Source of the DNA: an uncultured Actinomycetota bacterium
GTDB taxonomy: Bacteria > Actinomycetota > Actinomycetes > Propionibacteriales > Nocardioidaceae
Reading direction: 5' to 3'
Assembly (NCBI GenBank): GCA_963798045.1
Contig: CAWCSB010000022.1
Coordinates: 169,005-233,004, forward strand
Length of the DNA: 64,000 nt
Part shown: positions 9,369 to 23,330 of the stretch, in pieces
Layout of the letters: each line of letters starts with the position of its first letter
Numbering within the stretch: the first letter of the stretch is position 1
Program-made: the position numbers and the translations under genes
Notes under the pieces: generated by a model
Database searches by the model: none
Told to the model about the DNA's origin: nothing
What the model saw: only the letters and a program-made list of their open reading frames with translations

Positions 9369-9887
9369 ATGAGCAGCTTGTCGATCTTGCGAGACGTCTC
9401 GGACCGGCCCGGTGCGGGGGGACTGCCACAAGCGGCCGGGCCGGTGCTCATGGTCAGCACGCAAGGGGGTCACCTCGCCCACCTGGTCGCGATGCGGGCC
9501 TGGTGGGAGGCGCACGACCGGCTCTGGGTCTGCCCGGACACGCCGGACGTGCTGGACCGACTCGCCGGTGAGCGCGTGGTCCGCTCGTACTCACCGACGA
9601 CCCGCAACTTGCCCAACCTGATCCGCAACTCCGCGCTCGCCCTCCGGCTGCTGCTGCGCGAGAGGCCATCGCTGCTGGTCAGCGCGGGCGCCGGCGTCGC
9701 CGTGCCGTTCTTCATCGCCGCCTGGCTGCTGCGGATCCCCACGGTGTTCATCGAGGTGTACGACCGGGTCGACACCCCCACGATGACCGGGCGGCTGTGC
9801 GGGCCCTTCACGACGAAGCGGATCGTGCAGTGGCAGAGCCAGCTCGAGTTCTACCCCGACGCCAGCCTCGTGGGACCCCTGCTGTGA
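9369..9887 (+). CDS. Alg14/PssD/Cps14F-like glycosyltransferase subunit
   Basis: STQGGHL, SAGAGVAVPF, FIEVYDR, TMTGRL, VQW. Confidence 0.9.
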   Translation: MSSLSILRDVSDRPGAGGLPQAAGPVLMVSTQGGHLAHLVAMRAWWEAHDRLWVCPDTPDVLDRLAGERVVRSYSPTTRNLPNLIRNSALALRLLLRERPSLLVSAGAGVAVPFFIAAWLLRIPTVFIEVYDRVDTPTMTGRLCGPFTTKRIVQWQSQLEFYPDASLVGPLL

Positions 9888-10432
9888 CAGCCCTGGTCGT
9901 GGCACTGGCGGGCACCGACCACCACCCGTTCGACCGTCTGGTGACCTGGGTGGACGCGGCGGCGGCCCGCCACCCCGACGTGCGGTTCCTGGTCCAGCAT
10001 GGCTCGAGCACGCCGCCACCGGTGGTCGCCGAGGGGCAGGAGTTCTTCACCCACGACCGGCTGATCGCCCTGCTCTCGGAGGCCACCGCCGTGATCTGCC
10101 ACGGCGGCCCCGGGACGATCATGGACGCTCGTGGTGCGGGGCACGTGCCCCTGTGCGTGCCGCGGGACCCGCGTCTCGGCGAGCACGTCGACGGGCATCA
10201 GCAGCGGTTCGCCGCCATGGTCGGGGAGGCGGGCGTCGTGCACGCCGTCGCGACGCTCGAGGAGTTCCACGACCGGCTGGACGAGGCTTTGGCACAGGCC
10301 CCTTCGCAGGGCGCGGCGATCATGGCGACCCGCGTCCGTGACACGGCTCGGGCGCGGCTCGCGGCCGAGCTCGACGAGCTCATCTCCGTGCGTCCGCACC
10401 GGCTGGCCAGGCGGTTCCGCGCCTCCCTCTGA
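9884..10432 (+). CDS. Alg13/PssE/Cps14G-like glycosyltransferase subunit (GT28 C-terminal)
   Basis: GTDHHPFDRLV, VICHGGPGTI, VPRDPRLGEHVDGHQ; GTGA overlap with the upstream gene. Confidence 0.9.
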   Translation: MTALVVALAGTDHHPFDRLVTWVDAAAARHPDVRFLVQHGSSTPPPVVAEGQEFFTHDRLIALLSEATAVICHGGPGTIMDARGAGHVPLCVPRDPRLGEHVDGHQQRFAAMVGEAGVVHAVATLEEFHDRLDEALAQAPSQGAAIMATRVRDTARARLAAELDELISVRPHRLARRFRASL

Positions 10433-10526
10433 ACCGGTCCGGAGCACCTGCGTCGGTCGTACCGCGTATGGGGGATGTTCCTCCGGGCGGGGCCGGAGGC
10501 CGGGGCGGGGCCACGAACCTGTGCAC

Positions 10527-11534
10527 ATGCCATGCGTCAGCGTCGTCTACCTGGGCGGCTTCGGCCGCTCGGGATCCACGCTGGTCGAGCGCATGCTCGG
10601 CGCCGCGCCCGGCTGGGTGAACATCGGTGAGCTGGTCGACCTGGCCCGCTCGGTCGCACCGGCCGACGAGCTCTGCGGATGCGGTGAGCCGTTCTCGCGC
10701 TGTCCCCTGTGGACCCAGGTCGGCGAGGTCGCCTTCAAGGGCTGGACCGAGGACGTGCTCGTCCGGCTGGTCGAGCTGCATCGAGGCGCCGCTCGCCAGC
10801 GCCACCTCCCGGGGCTCCTGGGCTCGCGGCGCCGGCCGTCCGAGGCGCTGGTCGACCTGCGCTCGGCGTACACCCGGATCTACCGGGCCGTGGCCGAGGT
10901 GACGGGCGCCCGCGTGATCGTCGACGCGTCCAAGGGGCCGGCCTTCGGGCAGGCGCTGGCCGGGGCCCCGGGCATCGACCTGCGGATGCTCAACGTCGTG
11001 CGGGATCCGCGGGCCGTCGCCTGGTCGTGGAGCCGCCAGGTCGAACGTCCGCACGCCACGTCCAGCGGCGAGCAGATGTGGCGGATCCCGGCGTACCGGT
11101 CGGCAGGCCAGTGGAGCGCCCTGCAGCTGGAGATGGCGGCCATCTCCGGGCTGGGCGGCGTGCCGTCGGCTCGGCTCCGCTACGAGGAGTTCGTGGCCGA
11201 CCCCGTCAGCACCCTGGTCGCGGCGACGGCGTCGATGGGCCTCCCGCTCACGGCGTCCGACCTGCCCCCCGTCGAGGACGGGCGCGTCGTGCTGGGCGCC
11301 AGCCACGGCCTCTCGGGCAACCCGGGCCGGTTCCGGTCGGGCCCCATCGAGCTGCGCCGCGACGATGGCTGGACCACCGACATGCCGACCAGCGAACGCG
11401 CCCTCGTGACCGCGCTGACGCTGCCCCTGCTCAGGAGCTACGGCTACCACGCCACCACCCGTTCGACCCCCGCCTCTGCCCCCGCCCCCGCCCCCGGACA
11501 CCAACGTCGAGAAGCGCTGAGGAGCCACACGTGA
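10527..11534 (+). CDS. Sulfotransferase (paralog of 6245-7252)
   Basis: VYLGGFGRSGSTLV, CGCGEPFSRC, IVDASK, VVRDPR, RYEEFV. Confidence 0.88.
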   Translation: MPCVSVVYLGGFGRSGSTLVERMLGAAPGWVNIGELVDLARSVAPADELCGCGEPFSRCPLWTQVGEVAFKGWTEDVLVRLVELHRGAARQRHLPGLLGSRRRPSEALVDLRSAYTRIYRAVAEVTGARVIVDASKGPAFGQALAGAPGIDLRMLNVVRDPRAVAWSWSRQVERPHATSSGEQMWRIPAYRSAGQWSALQLEMAAISGLGGVPSARLRYEEFVADPVSTLVAATASMGLPLTASDLPPVEDGRVVLGASHGLSGNPGRFRSGPIELRRDDGWTTDMPTSERALVTALTLPLLRSYGYHATTRSTPASAPAPAPGHQRREALRSHT

Positions 11535-12499
11535 CCGGACCAGGACCTGCCACCACCGAGCCGGCGGAGCCGACGAAGAGGCGAGCGCCGCTGGTCAGCG
11601 TCGTGATCCCGACCCGTGGCCGTGCGGCACTGCTGCAGGAGACCCTCGCGTCGATCATCGGCCAGGACTACGCGGGGCCGATGGAGATCATCGTGGTCCA
11701 CGACCGCGAGGAGATCGACCCGACCCTCGCCCAGCTGTCCCGACCGAACCGCGAGGTTCGCTCGATCAACAACACCCGCACCGGTGGTCTCTGCGGAGCC
11801 CGCAACAGCGGCCTGCTCGACTCGCGCGGCGCCTTCTACGCCAGCTGCGACGACGACGACCTCTGGTACCCCGCCAAGGTCCGCCGCCAGGTCGAGCGGC
11901 TGCAGTCCGATCCGGACCTGCTGTCGGTCGGCGCCGGGATCCGCCTGCTCATGGGCGAGCGCGGGAACGTCGACTGGCCGGCTCGCGAGACGGTGTTCAG
12001 CCACGAGCGGCTGCTGGAGAACCGGGTCAAGGAGCTCCACAGCTCGACTCTCATGATGCGTCGCTCCGCCTTCGACAAGGCCGGGCTCTACGACGAGGAG
12101 CTGCCGCACGGCTACGGCGAGGACTACGACTGGTTGCTCCGTGCCAGTCGGGTCGGGAAGGTCGGCGCGGTCGAGGAGATCCTGGCCGACATACGCAAGG
12201 ACGTCCCCTCGTGGTTCCGGGGCCGCTCGCTGAACACGGCCTCCGCGCTGGAGTACCTCCTGGAGAAGCACCCGGACTTCGGCAACCGCCGCCGCGGGCA
12301 CGCCCGGATCCTCGGCCAGATCGCCTACGCCCGGATCTCGGGCGGCGAACGACGCCGAGGCCTGCGCATCGCGGGTCGCGCCCTGCGGCGCTACCCGATC
12401 GCCCCGCACGCCTGGCTCGCCGTCGCTGTCGCGGGACCCGGGGTGGAGCCGCAGCGGCTGCTGTCCGTGGCCCGCCGGCTCGGACGGGGGCTGTCGTGA
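11531..12499 (+). CDS. Family 2 glycosyltransferase
   Basis: VSVVIPTRGR, GARNSG, CDDDD (DxD), GEDYDWLLR. Confidence 0.92.
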   Translation: MTGPGPATTEPAEPTKRRAPLVSVVIPTRGRAALLQETLASIIGQDYAGPMEIIVVHDREEIDPTLAQLSRPNREVRSINNTRTGGLCGARNSGLLDSRGAFYASCDDDDLWYPAKVRRQVERLQSDPDLLSVGAGIRLLMGERGNVDWPARETVFSHERLLENRVKELHSSTLMMRRSAFDKAGLYDEELPHGYGEDYDWLLRASRVGKVGAVEEILADIRKDVPSWFRGRSLNTASALEYLLEKHPDFGNRRRGHARILGQIAYARISGGERRRGLRIAGRALRRYPIAPHAWLAVAVAGPGVEPQRLLSVARRLGRGLS

Positions 12500-13353
12500 G
12501 CCGGCTGCCCAACTTCCTCTACGTCGGACCGGACAAGGCGGGGTCGTCGTGGCTGCACGAGACCCTGATCAAGCATCCGGACGTCTACCTGACGCCCGCG
12601 AAGGACCTCTACTACTTCGACAGGTACTACGACCGCGGGACCGAGTGGTACGCCGCCCAGTTCCGCGACGCGCGGGGTGAGGAGGTCGTCGGGGAGGTCT
12701 GTCAGGACTACCTGTTCCACCCCGAGGCCGCGGCCAGGATCCACAGCACGCTCGGGTCCAACGTCCGGGTGATGGTCTCGCTGCGCGATCCGGTCGAGCG
12801 TGCCTGGTCGTCGTACCTCTACATGCGCAAGCACGGCATCGGACCGGACACGTTCGGCGAGGCACTGCGCAGCCGGCCCGAGCTCCTCGACCACGGTCGC
12901 TACGCGACCGGCCTCGACCGCTTCCTCCAGCACTACCCGCGGGAGAACGTGCACGTCGCGCTGTTCGACGACCTGGCACGCGACCCGCAGGGCTTCCTGG
13001 ACGCCGTCACCGACTTCGTCGGCGTCGACCCGTTGCCGCTCTCCGAGAAGGATCTGGAGGCCCGGCTGCCAGCGGCGAAGGCCCGCTCGGTCCGGCTCGC
13101 ACACGCCGCGCGCCGCAGCGCCGACTGGATCCGAGAGCACGACGGCGCCAGCCTGGTGGGCAGGGTCAAGCGCTCCGCGCTCGTCCAGCGCGCCCTCTAC
13201 CGGCCGCTCGACCGGCAGGCCGTGCGGCCGGACGTCGATGACGTGATGACCGTGCGCAGCGAGCTCGACTCCGAGGTCCGCAGCCTCGAGGGCACCCTTG
13301 GCCTGTCATTGCGCGACGCGTGGGGCTGGGAGCCTGCCGGCTCCCCAAATTAA
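12496..13353 (+). CDS. Sulfotransferase (HS3ST/NDST-like type)
   Basis: LPNFLYVGPDKAGSSWL, KDLYYFD, LRDPVERAWSSY. Confidence 0.9.
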   Translation: MSRLPNFLYVGPDKAGSSWLHETLIKHPDVYLTPAKDLYYFDRYYDRGTEWYAAQFRDARGEEVVGEVCQDYLFHPEAAARIHSTLGSNVRVMVSLRDPVERAWSSYLYMRKHGIGPDTFGEALRSRPELLDHGRYATGLDRFLQHYPRENVHVALFDDLARDPQGFLDAVTDFVGVDPLPLSEKDLEARLPAAKARSVRLAHAARRSADWIREHDGASLVGRVKRSALVQRALYRPLDRQAVRPDVDDVMTVRSELDSEVRSLEGTLGLSLRDAWGWEPAGSPN

Positions 13354-13380
13354 GGGATTGCGCGGCATGATTTGCCACGA

Positions 13381-13479
13381 GGGCACCCGGCGAGGCGGTA
13401 ATGGTGCCCGGAGGGGACCAGCCAGGCTTTTGGGGGATTGCCGAGGCGGTCCCCTCCACCACGTCTCGGACCGGGTGGT
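13381..13479. other. Three adjacent stem-loops; candidate terminator or small RNA
   Basis: GGGCACC/GGTGCCC, GGAGGGGACC/GGTCCCCTCC and ACCAC/GTGGT stems with no spacers between them. Confidence 0.4.
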
Positions 13480-13556
13480 TCCCACGAGCGCCCGTCGGCC
13501 CCGGCGATGCTGCTAAAGGCATTGAGCGGTGGTGACGCTCCGGGCAGGGTGGCCGG

Positions 13557-13967
13557 ATGACGTCCTTCATCTCGCACACGACCGTCGACTGCCTCAACGC
13601 CTACGAGCTGTCGGAGTGGTGGAAGCCGGTGCTCGGCTACGTCGACATCGAGGACGACCCCAACGAGCCTGGCCACGAGGAGTGCCCGATCCTCGACCCC
13701 GAGACCGGCCACCGGGTGCTGTTCATCGAGGTGCCCGACCCCACGCCAGGCAAGCCTCGGATCCACTTCGACCTGAGGCCGCGAGAGCGCAGCCGTGACG
13801 AAGAGGTCGAGTGGCTGCTCTCGTACGGCGCCACGCAGGTGGCCGACCATCGTGGCAAGTACGGCCCCGGCAGCGGCTGGGTCGTCTTCGCAGACCCCGA
13901 GGGCAACCAGTTCTGCATCCTGAGGTCCGAGGCGGAAGTGGCGGCGCAGGGATCGGAACCGGAGTGA
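13557..13967 (+). CDS. VOC (glyoxalase-like) family protein
   Basis: KPRIHFDL and WVVFADPEGNQFCI. Confidence 0.9.
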   Translation: MTSFISHTTVDCLNAYELSEWWKPVLGYVDIEDDPNEPGHEECPILDPETGHRVLFIEVPDPTPGKPRIHFDLRPRERSRDEEVEWLLSYGATQVADHRGKYGPGSGWVVFADPEGNQFCILRSEAEVAAQGSEPE

Positions 13968-13989
13968 CGCCCGGATCGTCCGACTGGGC

Positions 13990-15297
13990 ATGCTGAGTCG
14001 GCGGGAGCTGTTGCGCGCCGGGACGCTGGGCGGCCTGGTGGTCGCGGCGCCCGGACTCTTCGCGAGCTGCTCGGACGACGGCTCGCCGCCGCCGAAGGAC
14101 GCGGCCGACGCGATCCGGTTGGTCTCCTCCGGCGTGGCGCGGGACGCCGCCGACCCCGCGGCGATCGGTGTCGGTGCGAGCGCCGTGCTCGCCCTCGGTG
14201 CGGGTCTCTACGGACAGCTCATCGACACGCCCGGCAACCTCGCCCTCTCGCCCTACTCCGCGGCGGTGGCGCTCGGCATGACCGTCAACGGCGCCGCGGG
14301 GGCCACCCGTGACGAGATGCTGGAGGTCCTCGCTGCGAGTGACGTGGCCTCCCTCGACGACGGGCTCAACGCGCTCACGGCGTACGTCGAGTCGCTGGCC
14401 GGCCCGGTCCCGCACAGCGACGAGCGAGATGGTCCTCGGCTCGGCCGAACCAGCTCTTCGGCCAGCGCGACTACCCGTGGGAGAGGCCGTTCCTCGACGC
14501 GATCGCCCGCAGCTTCGGCGCCGGCATGCGTGAGGTCGACTACGAGCACGATGCCGAGGGCGCGCGAGTGGCCATCAACGGTGGACCGCCGATCAGACCC
14601 ACGACCGGATCCCCGAGATCATGCCGAAGGGTGTGCATCGACGACTGCACCCGGCTGGTGCTGGTCAACGCGCTGTACTTCAAGGCGTCGTGGTCGAAGC
14701 CGTTCGACGAGACGCGACCACCGAGGACGGAGTTCCACCTCGGCCGACGGGGAGACGGCTTCGGTGCCGATGATGCGCGCGAGCGGTGGCCTGTGCCGCG
14801 GGCGACGGCTGGCGAGCTGCCCGGCTGTACTACGCCGGCGACCTGGCGATGACGGTGGTGCTTCCCGACGAGGGCCGCGAGGCGGACCTGGACGCGCTGG
14901 TGACGAGCGGCGGGCTGCCGACTTGCTCGCGCGAAGTCAGCAACGGTGAAGCGGATCTGACATTGCCGCGGTGGGAGTTCCTGCGTCGACGCACCTCTCT
15001 CGGACCGCGCTCCAGGCGCTCGGCATGAGGCTGCCTTCGAGGCCGGCGCGCGACTTCTCCGGAATGACCAAGGAGGGCAGCTCTACGTCGAAGGACGTGC
15101 TTCAGCAGGTGTTCATCGCCGTCGACGAGGAGGGCACCGAGGCTGCAGCCGCCACCGCGGTGGTGATCGGAGCTGACGAGCGCGCCCGCCGACGCTACCG
15201 CCCGCTCGTCGTCGACCGGCCGTTCGTGTTCGTGATCCACGACATCGAGCACGGCACGCCGCTCTTCCTCGGCAAGGTCGTCGACCCGCGCGGCTGA
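13990..15297 (+). pseudogene. Tat-lipoprotein serpin, multiply frameshifted (pseudogene or sequencing errors)
   Basis: MLSRRELL...ASC signal; NLALSPYS, LVLVNALYFKASW, VDEEGTEAAAATAV and DRPFVFVI..PLFLGKV are spread over several frames. Confidence 0.8.
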
Positions 15298-15314
15298 CCG
15301 GCCATGATGGCCGC

Positions 15315-16171
15315 GTGACCAGCCTCGCCGCTCGGCTCTACGACGCACTCGCGGCCGAGCCCGGCAACCTCGCGCTCTCGCCGCACTCGGTGGCGGTGGC
15401 GCTCAACCTCGCGGCGTACGGCGCCCGTGGCCGGACCCGCGAGGAGATCGAGGCCGTCGTGGCGGGCGCCGGGCAGCCGGTCGACGGCGCTGGCACTGAG
15501 GTGCGAGCGGAGCGAGCCTCGAAGGGTGAGGGGGTCGAGCTGTCCTCGGCGAACCGCCTTTTCGGCCAGGAAGGGCTCGCCTGGCAGCCGGACCTCCAGG
15601 ACCTGCTGACCGTCGTCGACTACGCCGACTCAGACGCGGCCCGCGCGGTCATCAACGCCTGGACGTCCGAGCAGACACACGAGCGGATCCCCGAGATCGT
15701 GCCCGACGGCGTGCTCGACGAGGAGACCCTGCTGGTCCTGGTCAACGCGCTCTACCTCAAGGCCGCGTGGTCTGACCCGTTCCACGAGTCGTCGACGACC
15801 GCCGCGGACTTCCACCTCGCCGACGGCACCGTGGTGCAGGTGCCGACGATGCTCGGCCACGTCGGCGCCCAGGTGGGTGCGGGCGACGGGTGGCGCTCCG
15901 CGCGGCTGCCGATGACGCGGACTTCTCGGGGCTGACCGTCGAGCCTCGAAGGAAGTCGCTGAAGATCAGCGAGGTGCTGCACGAGGCCTTCGTCGCCGTC
16001 GACGAGCAGGGCACCGAGGCCGCGGCCGCGACCGCGGTGGTGATGCAGCGGGCCGGCGCGATGCCGCAGCCACCGGTGCCGTTCGTGGTCGACCGGCCTT
16101 TCCTGTTCGCCATCCACGACGTGGCGAGCGGCGCGCCGCTGTTCGTGGGCAGGCTGGTCGATCCGCGCTGA
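15315..16171 (+). pseudogene. Second serpin with an internal deletion/frameshift near 15910
   Basis: NLALSPHS and LVNALYLKAAW, then a jump from WRSARLP to DADFSG in another frame; EQGTEAAAATAVVMQRAG, DRPFLFAI. Confidence 0.8.
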
Positions 16172-16285
16172 CCCGCTGTCGGTGGAGGCTCGTAGGATCA
16201 AGGGCGACACCCCCACCCGCGAGCGGTTGGGGGCTCTCGTGCTGTGCCCTGTCTCCGTGTCTTCTCCCATCTTGATTGGTGAACC

Positions 16286-19864
<3,579 letters not shown>

Positions 19865-19984
19865 TCTCGGGCGCGGCCGCGAGTCAAGCGGGGCCAGGAC
19901 GAATTTCACTGCCGCGGTATCAGGGCCGGAGGGCGGCGCTCCTGATGGGTATTCGCTCCCTCCCGAGAACCGAAGAGGCCCGTC

Positions 19985-20524
19985 ATGACCGCTCTGCCGC
20001 TCAGCTCCTACCGCCGCGGGGGTCAGCGCTCGACCCCGCTCGGCTGGTCCGACCACCGCACGCGGACCGCCGCTCTGGACGGCTGGCTCGCCCGCGAGGA
20101 GGCCGTCGCCGCCGGCGCCGCTGCCCCGGCCGACCCGGTCCAGCTCGGCCTGCCTGAGCGCGAGACCCTGGTCCGCGCCCTGTTCCAGCGCTTCACCACC
20201 ACCCTCGAGGGCGTTCTGGACAACGAGCTCGAGCTGGCTGAGGACGTCGCGCCGTACGCCGCGGTCCGGGCGGCCTACCACCGGGCAGCCGCGCACCGGC
20301 CCGTCGACTGGCGGGCCCTGCAGCGCGAGGCCGGTGACCCGGTGGTCGTCGCGCTGACCCGCCGCCAGCACGCCCGGATCGCCAGTCGGGCCGGTATCTC
20401 CGCCGCCGAGGTGAGCGCGGTCGCCAGCGAGCTCGCCCTGGTCGGCAGCACCACGACCATCGGCCTCTCACCCCGCGCCCGCCGCCGGCGGGTCGCGCGG
20501 GTCCTGGCCCGCCGAGCCGGCTGA
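19985..20524 (+). CDS. Hypothetical protein
   Basis: RBS-like GAAGAGG upstream and high-GC3 codon pattern; no motif recognised. Confidence 0.6.
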   Translation: MTALPLSSYRRGGQRSTPLGWSDHRTRTAALDGWLAREEAVAAGAAAPADPVQLGLPERETLVRALFQRFTTTLEGVLDNELELAEDVAPYAAVRAAYHRAAAHRPVDWRALQREAGDPVVVALTRRQHARIASRAGISAAEVSAVASELALVGSTTTIGLSPRARRRRVARVLARRAG

Positions 20525-20622
20525 CTCCACGGACGCGGCCGGCTCGGGCGATCCGGGGGGATCCGCCCGGGTCGGCCGTGGTTCGTGGCTCGGTGTTGAA
20601 TGGGGCTGTGCTGAACCGAAGC

Positions 20623-21309
20623 ATGCGGATGCTGCGTGCCCTTCCTGTCCTCCCCGTCGTGCTCCTCGCCGGCTGCGGCGTGGCGGGCACCGAGTTCCAC
20701 CCGGGCGTCGCGGCCGAGGTCGGTGACCAGACCATCACCACCCGCCACGTCGACCAGGTGACCGAGGATGCCTGCAAGGGCCTGGAGAAGCTCAACAAGG
20801 GCTCGGCCCAGCCCAACACCCCGACGCCCCTGGGCACCCTCACCCACCAGGTGGTGCAGGACCTGGTGCAGAGGCTGGTCGTCGAGCAGCTGGCCGACCA
20901 GTACGACGTCACGACCACCCGCGACTACAAGGACAACCTCACCCAGGTCGAGCAGCAGCTCTCGAGCCTGAGCGGCGACCAGAAGGACGCCGTCCAGGAG
21001 GTCGTCGAGGCACAGGCGTACACGCAGGACCTGCTCGTCCAGATCGGCGAGATCGAGCTGAAGAAGCAGGGTCAGGACGACGCTGCCGCCCAGGACCAGT
21101 ACAACGAGGGCCTCAAGGTGCTGGACGCGTGGGTCGACGACCACGACGTCGACATCAACCCCAAGTACGCCCTCGAGCTCGGGGCCGACGGGCCGGTCGA
21201 CACCGCCCTCTCCGTCGCGGTCGGCCAGAACGCCAAGGACGGGCTCGCGGCCGAGCCCAGCCCGGCCTACACCGCCTCGCTGCCCAGCAACCTCGTCTGC
21301 TTCGACTGA
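20623..21309 (+). CDS. SurA N-terminal-domain-like lipoprotein
   Basis: Lipobox LAGC, AAEVGDQTIT, DVDINPKY; position between mfd and mazG is typical of Actinobacteria. Confidence 0.75.
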   Translation: MRMLRALPVLPVVLLAGCGVAGTEFHPGVAAEVGDQTITTRHVDQVTEDACKGLEKLNKGSAQPNTPTPLGTLTHQVVQDLVQRLVVEQLADQYDVTTTRDYKDNLTQVEQQLSSLSGDQKDAVQEVVEAQAYTQDLLVQIGEIELKKQGQDDAAAQDQYNEGLKVLDAWVDDHDVDINPKYALELGADGPVDTALSVAVGQNAKDGLAAEPSPAYTASLPSNLVCFD

Positions 21310-21313
21310 GACC

Positions 21314-21964
21314 GTGACGCCACCGGCCTCGGGCGCGGCGCTGCTGGAGTTCCTCGCGGTGATGCGGCAGCTGCGCGCCGAGTGCCCGTGGAAGCGGGAG
21401 CAGACGCACCGGTCGCTGGCGCGCTACCTGCTCGAGGAGACGCACGAGACCCTCGAGGCGATCGACTCCGGCGACGAGTCCGGTGACTGGGACCACCTCC
21501 GCGAGGAGCTCGGCGACCTGCTGCTGCAGGTCTACTTCCACGCCGTGATCGCCGAGGAGTCCGGCGCCTTCTCCATCGACGACGTGGCCCGGGGCATCAC
21601 CGAGAAGATGCACCGGCGCAACCCGCACGTGTTCGGCCCGCCGCCCGACGACCCCGCCGACCTTCCGCAGGACGCCGCCGCCGTCAACGAGGTCTGGCAG
21701 GCGATCAAGGAGCGCGACAAGCCGCGTGCCTCGCACACCGACGGGCTGCCCGACACCCTCCCGGCCCTGTTGTACGCCGCCAAGGTGGTCGAGCGAAGCG
21801 AGCGCACTGCTGGCGGCGAGATTCGTCTGCAGACCTCCGGCGAGGACGACAGGTCAGACCGCAGACGAATCGGGGAGCGGCTGCTCGCGCTCGTCGCCGA
21901 GGCCGTCGAGGACGGGATCGACCCGGAGCAGGCGCTCCGCGACGCCGTACGCCGCCGAGGCTGA
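21314..21964 (+). CDS. mazG: MazG nucleotide pyrophosphohydrolase
   Basis: CPWKREQTH, LLEETHE, EELGDLLLQVYFHA, RRNPHVF. Confidence 0.93.
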   Translation: MTPPASGAALLEFLAVMRQLRAECPWKREQTHRSLARYLLEETHETLEAIDSGDESGDWDHLREELGDLLLQVYFHAVIAEESGAFSIDDVARGITEKMHRRNPHVFGPPPDDPADLPQDAAAVNEVWQAIKERDKPRASHTDGLPDTLPALLYAAKVVERSERTAGGEIRLQTSGEDDRSDRRRIGERLLALVAEAVEDGIDPEQALRDAVRRRG

Positions 21965-21998
21965 CCACCTCCCGAGATCACCCGCGCGGCCCCACTAG

Positions 21999-23329
<1,331 letters not shown>

Positions 23330-23330
<1 letters not shown>

